Shown piece by piece: positions 50,107 to 63,562 of a stretch of 64,000 nucleotides of DNA. Each line of letters begins with the position of its first letter. Position 1 is the first letter of the stretch. Under the pieces are notes generated by a model. The model was not told the origin of the DNA. It worked only from the letters and a program-made list of their open reading frames with translations, and did not search any database. This stretch comes from Squalus acanthias. Its lineage: Eukaryota. The DNA lies in NCBI GenBank assembly GCA_030390025.1, contig CM059432.1:75828001-75892000 (forward strand). The letters run 5' to 3'. The translations under genes were made by a program, and so were the position numbers.

Positions 50107-50852
50107 TTCCCTCTCCCACACTGCAGAGTGTATTTATGCTCCACAGAAAAGTAAATACAGCATCGTCTATACAAGCTTTACTGAAACAAACTTCTGTTTG
50201 GAAGTTGCATACAAGGATTGCAGAAGCACTGCAATCTAAAGACATGATTCCATCAGAATCAGCTCTTTCTATCCTTGTGCTCTCTCATTCTTCCCTCCCC
50301 ATTAATAAACGTATATGTGCTTAGCTACCTTTCCAGTAGACACTGTGGCAAGTTTTTAAAAAGGAATTGCTCTGTGGAGGGCGCATGCGCTCTGTAGTTC
50401 AACCATTCTGTAATGGTGGGCTCCATGCTGAGTGCTACCAGGAGGTAGGGGTGGGCAGCACTGAAGAGTCATCCATGTTTATGCATGGCAAGAAGCAGAT
50501 GTGATAACAAAATCTTTTTTTATATATCTAAGAAGCCAATCTCAAATAAACAAATTACTTATTAAAACAGAAAAACAGCCAAACTAATTAACAATCAAGG
50601 TACAATTAAAATAATTTTTATTGACAAAAGAAAAAAAAAATCAGACCTTGGTTTTCACATTTACAGGCAGGCATATAGACAGCATATTATATATGTTTGC
50701 ATAGTAGTTTAACACTTCAGAACCAGGAGCTGCATCAGGTGGGATGGCACAGTCGTATGTGGGTATGCAGGGATTGTCCTATCTTTCCTAGAGATGTGTC
50801 ACTTTTCTGTACAGCTAGAAATTAATGAGTTGTTTGCTCTCATTGACATTTT

Positions 50853-51559
50853 TTTTTATTCGTTTATGGGATCTGGGCGTCGCTGGCAAGGCCAGCATTT
50901 ATTGCCCATCCCTAGTTGCCCTTGAGAAGGTGGTGGTGAGCTGCCGCATTGAACTGCTGCAGTCCATGTGGTGAAGGTACTCCCACAGTGCTGTTAGGTA
51001 GGGAATTCCAGGATTTTGACCCAGTGACGATGAAGGATCAGAGATATACTTCTAAGTCAGGATGGTGTGTGACTTGGAGGTGGTGGTGTTCCCATGCGCC
51101 TGCTGCCCTTGTCCTTCTAGGTGGAAGAGGTCGCGGGTTTGGGAGGTGCTGCCGAAGAAGCCTTGGCGAGTTGCTGCAGTGCATCTCGTCGATGGTACAC
51201 ACTGCAGCCACGGTACGCCGGTGGTGGAGGGAGTGAATGTTTAAGGTGGTGGATGGGGTGCCAATCAAGCGGGCTGCTTTGTCCTGGATGGTGTCGAGCT
51301 TCTCGAGTGTTGTTGGAGCTGCACTCATCCAGGCAAGTGGAGAGTATTCCATCACACTCCTTACTTGTGCCTTGTAGATGATGGAAAGGCTTTGGGGAGT
51401 CAGGAGGTGAGACACTCGCCGCAGAATACCTAGCCTCTGACCTGCTCTTGTTGCCACAGTATTTATGTAGCTGGTCCAGTTAAGTTTCTGGCTAATGGTG
51501 ACCCCCAGGATGTTGATAGTGGGGGATTCGGCGATGGTAATGCCATTGAATGTCAAGGG
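50853..51559 (-). mobile_element. 5'-truncated CR1-group LINE of a second family (A-rich tail)
   Basis: ILGVTI...YKAQVRSVMEYSPLAW...LDTIQDKAARLI (RT C-terminal region); a related fragment lies at ~4205-4345. Confidence 0.85.
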
Positions 51560-52467
51560 GACATCAATCTATACCTCCTACTGCATGGCTGTGTTGGGGA
51601 GTTTGAGGGAAGGGACTTATTTATATGGGACTCCAGGAAGAGGGTGCAGATTTGTTTGGTCTAGTACAGTTCTATATAGAGCAGTCCATTATTACTGCAG
51701 AAATACTTCAACACAAGTGTCAACCAAAAACAGCAGCAATAAAGTTAGCTTCATGGCTGCAGATCTTTAAAAGTAAATCACTAATAAAAAGCACTGAGGT
51801 GGACAATTAAGAAATAATGTTTAGAGAACTAAAATACATCACTGTCTCCAAGAAATTCAAAGGTGTTTTAATAGTTTAAATTTGTGCTGGGATGTCATAT
51901 CAGCAGCAAACTAATCGACGGCTTCCATTCCCCATTCATTTCAATTTGGAAATGGAGCCTGTCCATAATCACCCTCGAAGGGTAGACATTAGAGGTCTGC
52001 ACCGCAAAATGAAAATGGCATTTAAATATTCAACTAAGTATAAAAGTGGCAAGCTGCTGGTTGGAGAGTAGCACAACATAGCACACTGCAACCACATTCA
52101 GGTGACATTCTAGGCTGAATGAGGCACCGCAGGAACTGAATGCGCAGCTCCGTAAACATCAGTGTACAGCTGGAGAATGCTCATCTCTCTCAATCTCTAC
52201 CTACGCACTTGTTTCTCTGTGCACCTGCACTAAGGAAGCCATCTGGCAGTGTCCTAGGACCAGGAGCCATGAGTATGATGGCAAAGGGAATCTTCAGAAA
52301 CAGTAACAATTAATAATGTAAAGGAAGATGTCACAGCAGTAATTCATTTTCTGAAGAGGAAGGATAAAAATAAAATGACAACATGACACTTTGTGAAAAT
52401 AAAATGGATTTAATTCACTCCAAAGAGGGCCCCACTTTTACTAATTACCACTGTTATTTGTAAGTAC

Positions 52468-52561
52468 CTTCCATTGTGGATACAAATTCAATCTCCTGGC
52501 TGTCAGTATTAGTAGTCAAGATTTTGTAGAAGTTTCTTAATTTTGCATTGCTTGTAAAATT
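52468..52561 (-). CDS. GGH: Gamma-glutamyl hydrolase internal exon
   Basis: atttcag|...|gtactt; 94 bp encoding NFTSNAKLRNFYKILTTNTDSQEIEFVSTME. Confidence 0.93.
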
Positions 52562-52902
52562 CTGAAATTAATCACAAAAAGATATGAATGTAAATCAACA
52601 TACAATTTTCTATACTGTACAGCAGATCCTGAAAATGTGGCTTTGTGTAGTAAATGAAAGTGATACAGTACATAAAATGCATGGCTGATTTCAAAAATAA
52701 TTAGCATGTGGAGGGTGAAGAGATGTCAACAAGTGAAAATCCCGCGTGACTCAAACACAACTCTGGCAGAGGCCAAATGTTCAAATAGTGAAGGGATGTG
52801 CACCTGATTTTATTTCCTTCTTTCCCTCCTCCACCACAAAGAAAAAAATAAACGATTTCCGAATCAACAGTATGGGTCCAGTTAATCAAGTAGCAACACT
52901 GA

Positions 52903-54515
52903 TTACATAGGATATACAGCAGAGAAACAGGCCATTCGGCCCAACCAGTCCATGCCAGCGTTTATGCTCCACTCGAGCCTCCTCCCATCTTTCCTAATCT
53001 AACTCTATCAGCATAACCCTCTATTCCCTTCTCCCTCATATGCTTATCTAACCGCCCCTTAAATACTATTCGCTTCAACCACGCCCTGTGGTCGCGAGTT
53101 CCACAATCTCCCCACTTTGGGTAAAGAGGTTTCTTCTGAATTCCCTATTTGATTTCTTGGTGACTATCTTATATTGATGGCCTCTAGTATTGCTCTTCCC
53201 CACAAGTGGAAACACTCTCTCTGTATCTACTCTATCAAAACCTTTCATAATTTTAAAGACCTCTATTAGGTCACCCCTCAGCATTCTATTTTCAAGAGAA
53301 AAGAAGACCCAGCCTGTTCATCCTTTCCTGATAGGTATACCCTTGCATTTCTGGTATCATCCTTGTAAATCTTCGCTGCACCCTCTCCAATGCCTCTTTT
53401 TCCTTTTTATAATATGGTGACCAGAATTGTACGCAGTACTCCAAGTGTGGTTCGATACAAGTTTAGCATAACATCACTACTTTTCAATTCTATCCCTCTA
53501 GAAATAAACCCTAGTGCTTGGTTTGCTTTTATTATGGCCTTGCTAACCTGTGTTGCAACTTTTAGTGATTTGTGTATTTGTACTCCGAGATCCCTTTGCT
53601 CTTCTACCCCATTTAGATTTCCAAGTAATATGGGACCTCCCTATTTTTCTTACCGAAATGTAATACCTCGCATTTATCTGTGTTGAAATTCATTTGCCAA
53701 TTATATGCCCATTCTGCAAGTTTATTAATGTCTTCTTGTGATTTGTTGCAGTCCTCCTCAGTATTGACTATTTGGTGTCATCCACAAATTTAGAAATTGT
53801 GTTTTTGATTCCAAAGTCTAAATCGTTAATATAAATTGTGAACAACTGTGGTCCCAGTACTGATTCTTGTGGAACACCACTTCCCACCTTCTGCTACTAT
53901 GAATAGCTACCCTTTACCCCTACTCTCTGCTTTCTGTCTTGAAGCCAGCTAGCTATCCATTCTGCTACTTGTCCCCTGACTTCGCATTCTCTGACCTTAT
54001 TCATTAGTCTATTATGTGGTACCTTATCGAAGGCCTTTTGAAAATCTAGATAAATTAGATCTACTACATTACCCTTGTTTACTCTCTGTTAGCTCTTCAA
54101 AAAATTCAATGAGGTCGGTCAAGCAAGACTTTCCCTTTTGAAATCCATGCTGACTATTCATTATTATATTTTTGATTTCTAGATGTTCTTCTATTTTCTC
54201 CTTTAGTTGGGATTCCAATATTTTTCCTACCACCGTTGTCAAGCTGACTGGTCTATAGTTCCCTGGACATGTTCCATCTCCCTTCTTAACTATAGGTATT
54301 ACGTTAGCTATCCGCCAGTCCTCTGGTACTACACCTTTTTCTAACGAATTATTAAATATGTGTAGTAATGCCTCTGCTATCTCTTCCCTAGATTCTTTTA
54401 AAATGCGCGGATGTAATTTGTCCGGACCAGGAGTTTTATCCTCTTTGCGTTTGATTAGTTTATTTAATATTTCTCCTCTTTTTATTTTTAATGTAGTTAT
54501 CTCATTTTTAATCTC
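52903..54515 (-). mobile_element. CR1 LINE, truncated and decayed RT region
   Basis: KTPGPDKLHPRILKE...VPEDWRIANVIPI.KKG...NYRPVSLT...QHGFQKGKSCLT; LRGDLIEVFKI. Confidence 0.92.
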
Positions 54516-54601
54516 ACCCAAGACTGCTCCATCCTTCCTACCACCAAAGCGACAGTGTGTGGGTAAGGAAACAATGCTGGTGATGTTACCTTATGAATGT
54601 T

Positions 54602-56700
54602 AAGAACATGAGAACATAAGAAATAGGAGCTGGAGTAGGCCATTCGGCCCTTTGAGCCTGCTCTGCCATTCAATAAGATCATGGCTGATCTTCTACCTCA
54701 TCTCCACCTTCCTATACTATCCCCATATCCCTCGAGTACCTTAGTATCCAAAAATCTATCGATCTCTGTCTTGAATATATGCAACGACTGAGCATCTACA
54801 GTTAGAACATAAGAACTAAGAGCAGGAGTAGGCCATACGGCCCCCCGAGCCTGCTCTGCCATTCAATAAGATCATGGCTGATCTCTGGGGTAGAGAATTC
54901 CAAAGATTCACAACCCTTTGAGTGAAGAAATTCCTCCTCATCTCAGTCCTAAATGGCCGACCCCTTATTCTGAGACTGTGACCCCTAGTTCTAGACTTCC
55001 TAGCCAGGGGAAACATCCTCCCAGCATCTATCCTGTAAAGCCCCTTAAGAATTTTATATGTTTCAGATCACCTCTCATTTTTCTAAACTCTAGGCCTAGT
55101 CTACTCAATCTCTCGTCATAGGACAATCCCCTCATTCCAGGAATCAGTCTCGTGAACCTTTATTGCACTCTCTCTAAGGCAAGTATATCCTTCCTTAAAG
55201 GGAGACCAAAACTGTACACAGTACTTCAGGTGTGGTCTCACCAGGGCCCTACTTAATTGTAGTAAGACTTCTTTACTCTTATATTCCAATCCCTTTGTAA
55301 TAAAGGCTAGCATACCGTTTGCTTTCCTAATTGCTTGCTGTACCTGCATGTTAACTTTCTGTGATTCGTGTACAAGAACACCCAGGTCCCTCTGAACACC
55401 AACATTTCCCAATCTCTCACCACTTAAAAATATTCTGCTTTTCTATTTTTCCTACCAAAGTGGATAACTTCACACTTCTCCACATTATATTCCATCTGCC
55501 ATGTTCTTGTCCACTCACTTAACCTGCCTATATCCCTTTACAGCCTCTTTGCGTCCTCCTCACAGCTTACTTTCCCACCTGACTTTGTACTGTCAGCAAA
55601 CTTGGATATATTACACTCGGTCCCCTCATCTAAGTCATTAATATAGATTGTAAATAGCTGAGGCCCAAGCACTGATCAACTTGAAAATGACCCATTTATT
55701 ACTACTCTGTTTTCTGTCCATTAACCAATCCTCAGTCCAAGCTAATACACTGCCCCCAATCACATGAGCCTTAATTTTGTGTAATAACCTCTTATGTGGC
55801 ACCTTATCGATTGCTTTTTGAAAATCCAAATACTCTACATCCACTGGTTTCCCCTTATCTACCCTGCTAGTTACAACCTCAAAAGATTTGTCAAACACGA
55901 TTTTCCTTTCATTTGACTCTGTCCAATCATATTATGATTTTCTAAGTGCCCTGTTACCACATCCCTAATAATAGATTCTCGCAATTTCCCTACTACTGAT
56001 GTCAGGCGAACTGGCTTATAGTTCCCTATTTTCTCTCTCTCTCCTTTCTTGAATAGCGGGGTTAAGTTTGCTACCTTCCAATTCACGGGGACCGTTCTAG
56101 AATCTAGGAAATTCTGGAAGATCAAAACCAATGCATCCACTATCTCTGTAGCCACCTCTTTTAAAACCCTAGGCTGTAGGCCATCAGGTCCAGGGGATTT
56201 GTTGACTTTCAGTCCCATTAATTTCTCCAGTACTATTTCTTTACTAATACTAATTTCTTTAAGTTCCTCATTCTAGCTAGACCTTTGGTTCCCTACTATT
56301 TCCGGAAATTGAGTGTCTTCTACCGTGAAGACAGATACAAAGTATTTGTTTAATGTCTCTGCTATTTCCTCATTCCTCATTATAATTTCTCCTGTCTTTG
56401 CCTCTAAGCGACCCACATTTACTTTTGCTAATCTCTTCCTTTTTACATACTTATAGAAGCTTTCACAATCTGTTTTTATGTCTCTTGCTAGTTTCTCTCA
56501 TTTTCTCTATCAATTTCTTGGTCCTCTTTGCTGAATTCTAAAATCCTCTCAATCCTCAGGCTTACTACTCTTTTTGGTAACATTATAAGCCTCTTCCTTT
56601 AATCTAATACTATCTTTAACTTCTCCTGTTAGCTATGGTTGGACCACTTTTCCCGTGAAAGGTTTTATTCCTTAGAGGAATGTATATTCGTTGGGAATTA
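54602..56700 (-). mobile_element. CR1 LINE, truncated and decayed, with a short nested CR1 tail at ~54803-54882
   Basis: KSPGPDGLQPRVLKE, YLDFQKA.DKVPH, QRDLGV, FFTQRVVNLWNSLP; 3' tail present twice. Confidence 0.92.
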
Positions 56701-57277
56701 TGAATGAATTCTTAAAATGTTCAATTACGCTATTTTAACGGAGACATTAATCCATTTACTTTAAAAGGGGGGTAGAGCCTACATTACAATCACAGAGAGA
56801 GGATCTTGATAATGCATTAAGTGTTTTCACAACACAGACAGCTATTTCTACACTTATACTTACTGACCTTCACATCATGCTTGATGAGCCAAATAAAGTG
56901 TTAGCTAGTTTTATGGAGCTTTCGCAAAGACGTCAGGAGAGAGGAAGTATTAGACAGAGAAGTTGTAGCTTTCTGTTGAGTAGTAAAACTTGCCTTAAGA
57001 CACTTCCCATTACTGACAATGCCATTCATTTACATGCATATCCAGGCCATACTGGATGCAGGTAATTTAGGTGGCAAAGTACAGGTGTAATTTATATCAA
57101 CATGTTGCTGAAAGCTAGATTTTACATGTCATTCAAGCAAGGGCTTAGAATTTGATGATTGGGCAAGAATCAATTGCCATAGTTGCTAATGACATTGAAC
57201 ACTGGAAAAGTGGATACTGTACTTCTACATCTGCACTACAGAATAACTAATCCAACAAGTCTTCTATAGGACAAAAG

Positions 57278-58476
57278 CAAAATGCTGCAGATGCTGGAAA
57301 TCTGAAATATAAACAGAAAATGCTGGAAATACTCAGCAGGTCTGGCAGCATCTGTGGAGAGAGAAACAGAGTTAACGTTTCAGGTCAATGACCTTTCATC
57401 AGAACTGGAAAAAGTTAGAGATGTAACAGATTTTAAGCAAGTGCAGGGGCAGGGAAAGGGGGGAGGGGAGGAAAGAACAAAACAGTAGGTCTGTGATGGG
57501 GTGGAAGGCAGGAGAGATTAAATGACAAAAGGCATGATTATACAAAGCAAAAGGAGATGGTAATGGGACAAGTAAAGAAACAAAAGATGGGTCTAGAAGA
57601 GGTGTAAATGGGAATGGCAGAATCATCAACAGCTGCCATCTGAAAAAATAGGGGCAGAGGTTATGATCTGAAATTGTTGAACTCGATGTTGAGTCCAGAA
57701 GGCTGTGAAGTGCTTAATCGAAAGATAAGGTGCTGTTCCTCGAGCTTACGTTGAGCTTTGTTGGAACAGTGTAAGAGACCGAGGACAGAGAGGGAGTGGA
57801 GTGGAGAATTAAAGTGACAAGCGACGGGAAGCTCGGGGTCAAGCTTACGGACTGAACGGAGGTGTTCCGCAAAGCGGTCACCCAATCGGCATTTGATCTC
57901 CCCAATGTAGAGGAGACCACATCGTGAGCAGCGAATACAGAATACTAAATTGCAAGAAGTAAAGTAAATCGCTGTTTCACCTGGAAGGAGTATTTGGGGC
58001 CCTGGACAGTGGGAAGGGAGGAGGTAAAAGGGCAGGTGTTGCATCTCCTGCACTTGCACCAGGAATGTGCTGTGAGAAGGGGAGGGGGTGTTGGGGTGAT
58101 TGAGGAGTGGACCAGGGTGTCGCGGAGGGAGCGGTCTCTTCGGAATGCTGAAAGGGGAGGTGAGGGGAAGATGTGTTTGGTGGTGGGATCACGTTGGAGG
58201 TGGCGGAAATGGTGAAGGATGATCCGTTGAATGTGGAGGCGGAGGATGATCCATTGAATGTGGAGGCTGGTGGGGTGAAAGATGAGAACAAGGGAAACCC
58301 TATCGTGGTCCTGGGAGGGAGGGGAAGGGGTGAGAGCAGAAGTGCGGAAAATGGAACGGACATGGTCGAGGGCCCTATCAACCATGGTAGAGGGGAATCC
58401 TCGGTTGAGGAAAAAGGAAGACATATCGGAAGCACTGGTATGGAAGATGGCATAGTCAGAACAGATGCGATGGAGA
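57278..58476 (-). mobile_element. 5'-truncated Penelope-like element (same family as 22427-24058)
   Basis: NLVFCIRCSRCGLLYIGE...LEEQHLIFRL...GLNIEFNNFRS*; imperfect TSD ataggacaaaag (57266-57277) / ataggtcaaaag (58477-58488). Confidence 0.9.
57370..57406 (-). ncRNA. Minimal type I hammerhead ribozyme motif, intact
   Basis: aguu-CUGAUGA-a-agguc-auu-gaccu-GAAA-cg-UU-aacu: stem I aguu/aacu, 5-bp stem II, palindromic ACGU helix III, GUU cleavage triplet. Confidence 0.78.
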
Positions 58477-60641
58477 ATAGGTCAAAAGGAATTCAGTTTT
58501 GAATTACTCATTACTACGGTATTTCTCTTCACCTCCATACTCACAATCCAGATCATCTTATAACAAAATTCAACATTGGTAATGACAACTACTTTTAATA
58601 ACCCAAGAAAAAAAAACACTCAAGTTCATAACTGATCAACAGAAATATCACTTTAACGTTAAGAGGTTGACATTAAGATAAAAATAAGCCACAAATAGAA
58701 TCAATCAATTGCACACAAAAGAGCATTGACTGTCCTGGTCAGAAACAACAATCCTTGTTAGAAAGAAAAAAAATTGCTGACCTTAAATTTGCTCTACAAG
58801 TTCACAGTAGAACAAACTAAGCAGTATTTTGCAGTGTGAGCTGCAAGCACAACAATGCTACATCAGAGGCTGGAAGGTAAGTACAACTCCCACAATATCA
58901 TCCACCTATCACCTTATTCAAGGAGACCTATGCTGAGCCTACACACAAGTCAAACACGTACCATGTTTGGTTTGCGGTGTATTATACAAAAAGGTTACTA
59001 GGTGGCAGCATTTGGTTTCACAACCAAGTGTAGGAACGTGAATGTAATCGGTGTTGAAAGGTTCTTTCTCTTCCTTGTCCGAAAAATGTGACTAATTAAA
59101 GTTTCTTCAAAACACTTGCAAACATTTACTATGTTGACTTATCAAATGCTGCAGGAACAGAAAGATCACATAAGCATTAAGAGAAGCAAGAGAAAGAGAC
59201 AACATTTTTCTTTACAAATTTTTAAAGGAACAATGTAAAGATCAAAGGACCCAAAATTTTGAATTACGGCAAAAAGAATAATTGCAGAAGATAGAATCTG
59301 TAGGAATCAGATGAATAAAAGAGGTAGAGTTGCGCGAGATTTGCATGATCATGATTATCCACTTCACTCTATACTTAATCTTATTACCAGTGAGGTATAG
59401 GGGAATATAGAACAGGGTTGGAAAAACAAACATATTTTTTTCCTAAAGTAAATGGGCAGTATATAAAGGTCCCAATTACAATATCATGTTCGAATAAATA
59501 GTTTTCACTAACAGGCCAATTGTACATAGTTTGAGTCAATTCAGAGCAAATTTAGATTTTCTATCAAAATGAACTGTGGAATGTAATTTGGGTATGAAGT
59601 GACCCAAAGTGTGCTTAGGCAATAGATGCGAGACCAACTTCTGATACGGGCAGGTTTCATATTTGCTGCAGCTTATAAAGTTCCCAAGTGATCCAAACCA
59701 TTTTAAAACTGGTTTAAGTTATACCCAACACACAGGAGGATGGCGGTGGTTGTCAGATGCCCCAGGACATGACTGCAGGTCTTCCTCAGGGCAAGGATCT
59801 CGGTCCAACTATATTAATCCATTTCTTCAATGACCTTCCCTACATCATAAAGTCAGGTGTGGGGTTGTTAGCTGATGATTACACAGTGTTCAGCTCCACT
59901 CATAACTCTGCCAATATTCAACTTTTTTTTAGTTAAAAGAACTCAAATCTGTATGCCCATCGGTCTTTGTCACTATTTCTGGCTTCTGAAGGTAACAGAA
60001 ACCCCAATATTAAGCCCCAATTGCCCAATGTGAACAGGGCATGTGGAGGGATTAAACTAGGGGCAGAGAAGTTCCCTCCCCTTCGCACCGGCTAGTATTT
60101 TAACTCACAGGTTTCGGGAGGCGTGAGGTCTTGCCGCATACACGCAATCACCTCTAATATTCAAAAGTCAGGGGTTGATGACGTCATTTGGACCCCGACA
60201 CGAATGTTACCCCAGGCCACACAAGTCGTGCATAGTGCCAACCACGCCAGGGATAGCTGCCGCAAAATTCATACAGATAAAGATTTTTAATGGTTTCCTT
60301 GTGGACAAGGAGAAGCCTCTCCTGCCCTGGGCTTGCCTGCCCCCGACCATGATTGCTCTTAACCCTCACTTACCTGACTGCCGAGGACTGTTCCCTTGGG
60401 TCCCCAGTGATGGCCTCCTGAAATCTCGCCCCCGTCCACCTCATTCCTCCCGGGTTTGGGCGGGGACCATGTGGGATATGCTGATGAGGCCCGGGGGTTA
60501 AAATGGTTTGGGCCTCTCAACAGTGTGGCTATGCGAGCTTGTCGCTTGCCCTCTCTCCCGCGCCCCACTTCCCCCCCGCCACCCTCCCACCCCCACAACC
60601 TCCTGCGCCCCACTCCCCCCTCAAAGTGCTAACTACCATAC

Positions 60642-60748
60642 CTTCACAGAGATGCTCCAACGGTGGGAGTTTACAGTTAAAGGTTCTACAGCCAAAGCCT
60701 GCATCAGATCTCCAGGAAAGTTCTTAAACAATTGACTGTCCACTGCAT
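60642..60748 (-). CDS. GGH: Gamma-glutamyl hydrolase internal exon
   Basis: ttttgtttag|...|gtatgg; 107 bp encoding (x)AVDSQLFKNFPGDLMQALAVEPLTVNSHRWSISVK; upstream exons not found in the window. Confidence 0.93.
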
Positions 60749-60870
60749 CTAAACAAAATGAAATAATAATTTACAATAACTATTTCCTCATTTATCGAAT
60801 TAGAGTTCTTTTTCATTTTCAGAATTTCCCATATACTGTATAGGGGTTTAGCCCTGAACTTTCGCCCAGA

Positions 60871-61297
60871 GGCAACACGGTGGCATAGTGGTTAGCACTG
60901 GTGCCTCACAGCGCCAGAGACCCGGGTTCGAATCTGACCTCGGGTGACTGTCTGTGTGGAGTTTGCACATTCTCCCCGTGTCTGCGTGGGTTTCCTCCGG
61001 GTGCTCCGGTTTCCTCCCACAGTCCAAAAATGTGTGGGTTAGGTTGATTTGGCTATGATAAATTGACCCTTAGTGTTAGGGGGGATTAAATATGTGGGGT
61101 TATGGGGATAGGATGGGATATGTTAGGGGGAATTAAATACGTGGGGTTACGGGGGTAGGGTGGGATATGTGTACTGTGGGGATTAAAGCAGGGACAGGGT
61201 ACTGGATTTGAATGATCAGCCATGATCGTATTGAATGGCGGAGCAGGCTCGACGGGCCGAATGGCCTACTCCTGCTCCTAGATTCTATGTTTCTATG
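60871..61297 (+). mobile_element. Full-length HE1-like V-SINE
   Basis: A-box tggcatagtgg, B-box ggttcgaatc, V-domain gtggagtttgcacattctccccgtgtctgcgtgggtttcctccggg, CR1-derived 3' tail ending ttctatgtttctatg. Confidence 0.92.
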
Positions 61298-62547
61298 TTA
61301 ATTATGCAGTAACCGTTTTAGACTGCTCAAGGCAAGTTTTCCGATATATACATTACTTAAAGATCTAATTTACTTGATGCCAAGAAGAAAGAGTTTATTG
61401 TATAGAACAGTGGCTTGATACTTGCGGCAGCTACAACAAGGCTTTGCCAGTGCCTCTTTTGCCTAAGCCTTTGACACAAAGTAGAAAGCTGCACTCAACA
61501 ACATGCATTTAAAAGACATATTAGTAGCAAGAAAAATAAATATATCAGAATGATTCATTTAGGGTATATATTTGAATCTGTAGAATGTTCATAATCACAG
61601 CACCGTGTTGGATGTCTTAGCAGTTGGACTGGTTCCATGTCATCAATTCCTCCTCCCAAAAGTATGAAGGAGAAAGGAAAATGAGAGCGCGGTTCCTTTC
61701 TGCCCAGATGAGAAGAAATGTTTGTTGAACACGGGTTTAACTCTTGGTCAAGTTGCAAAGCATTCAAACCATTCAAATTCAAATTAGGAAAATGGGAAGG
61801 TAAAACTCAGTTAGTGCACTGGGGTTACATTAAGGATATGAATCCATCCACATACATCAACACCAGTGGTCCTTTTAGAAACCCGCCATGTGACGGCTGG
61901 GTAGAGATGATCCACCAGCTCAAATCCCTGCAGCAGGATCCTACAGATCCTACTGTGTGTGGAATCTCCATCACATACCTTAGGTTGTACCACATCTAAT
62001 AGGGCACTCAAACAACCTGACAGACAGCCATGTCTCCTCAAACTGGATTGACTCTGGTTACCTCAGTACAGCAACAGCTTTACTACCATTACCTTTCAAC
62101 CAGCAGATTTAGAACACCAAGGTCAGTGCTCTCAAGGTCATTTCAAATGTGTGGGCTAAGCAACAGGATAGAGCTCTATGGGTTAAGAGTCAGATACATA
62201 AAGTTTACTGGATTGTAATCTTTCATAGGCTTCACCTAAAATGGGAGGACTGGAAGCATCAGGGATTAAACAAAGGAGCAGATTTCAGCAGCCCAGAAAT
62301 TTTATGAACACACATGGCAGCAAGGAGATTAACTTATGGAAGCCTTTAAGGCTCAAAACTCTCAAGAGACTAAAGAAAACATGAATGCCAGACTTGCTTC
62401 CAGCTTTCACTGACTGCAGCTAAGAATCCCTTGAAATAGCAATGCAAATGACTGCCCCTTAACCTGTACCACCCATGGTTTGTGAGCAGGTTGAGGAAGT
62501 AGCAATGACAGCACTGATTGACATGAGGGATCCTGACAACATCAGTT

Positions 62548-63562
62548 AGAATCATAGAATGGTTACAGCACGGAAGGCGGCCATTTGGCCTGTCAAGCCC
62601 GTGCCAGCTCTCTGCAAGAGCACTTCAGCTAGTCTCACTCCCCCGCCCTTTCCCCGTAGCCCTGCAAATTTCTTTCCTTCAGATACTTATCCAACTCCAG
62701 TTTGAAAGCCGTGATTGAATCTGCCTCCACCACCCTTTCAGGCAGTGCATTCCAGATCTTAACCACTCGCTGCGTAAAAACGTTTTTTCTTATGTCACCT
62801 TTGGTTCTTTTGCCAATCACCTTAAATCTGTGTCCTCTGGTTCTCGATCCTTCCGCCAATGGAACAGTTTCTCTCTATCTACTCTGTCCAGACCTCTCAT
62901 GATTTTGAACACCTCTATCAAATCTCCTCTCAATCTTCTCTGCTCCATCCTTCCTAAAGTGTGGTGCCCAGAATTGGACAATACTCCAGTTGGGGCCGAA
63001 CCAATGTTTTATACAGGTTCATCATAATTTCCACACTTTTATACTCTATACCTCTATTCATGAAGCCCAGGATCCCCTAAGTCTTTTTAACTGCTTTCTC
63101 AACCTGCCCTGCCACCTTCAATGATTTGTGCACATATACCCCCAGGTCTCTCTGTTCGTGCACCCACTTCAGGATTGTACCATTTAGTTTATATGTCCTC
63201 TCCTCATTCTTTCTACCAAAATGTATCACTTCACACTTTTGTGTGTTAAATTTCATCTGCCACGTACGTGTCCACCCATTCCACCAGCCTGTCTATGTCC
63301 TCTTCAAGTCTATCACTCTCGTCCTCACTGTTCACTATATTTCCAAGTTTTGTGTCATCAGCAAATTTTGAATTTGTGCCCTGTACACCCACGTCCAACT
63401 CATTAATATATATCAAGAAAAGCAGTGGTCCTAGAACCGACCCCTGGGGAATACCACTGTATACCTTTCTCCAGTCCGAAAAACAACCGTTCACCACTAC
63501 TCTCCGTTATCTATCACTTAGCCAATTCCGTATCCATGCTGCCACTGTCCCTTTTATTCCAT
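62548..63562 (-). mobile_element. CR1 LINE 3' part
   Basis: SGIPQGSVLGPLLFLIYINEL...KFADDTKL; FTQRVVKIWNALP. Confidence 0.92.

Noticed and set aside
59260..59400. Short open frame on + (AEDRICRNQMNKRGRVARDLHDHDYPL...)
   Set aside because: No acceptor in frame and no recognisable homology; antisense within a GGH intron
60871..60950. tRNA gene
   Set aside because: The A/B boxes are the head of a V-SINE and continue into a V-domain and CR1 tail
61555..61782. Possible exon (GGIDDMEPVQLLRHPTRCC...) on the minus strand
   Set aside because: No similarity to the expected GGH exon carrying the WGTCLG motif; no recognisable protein match
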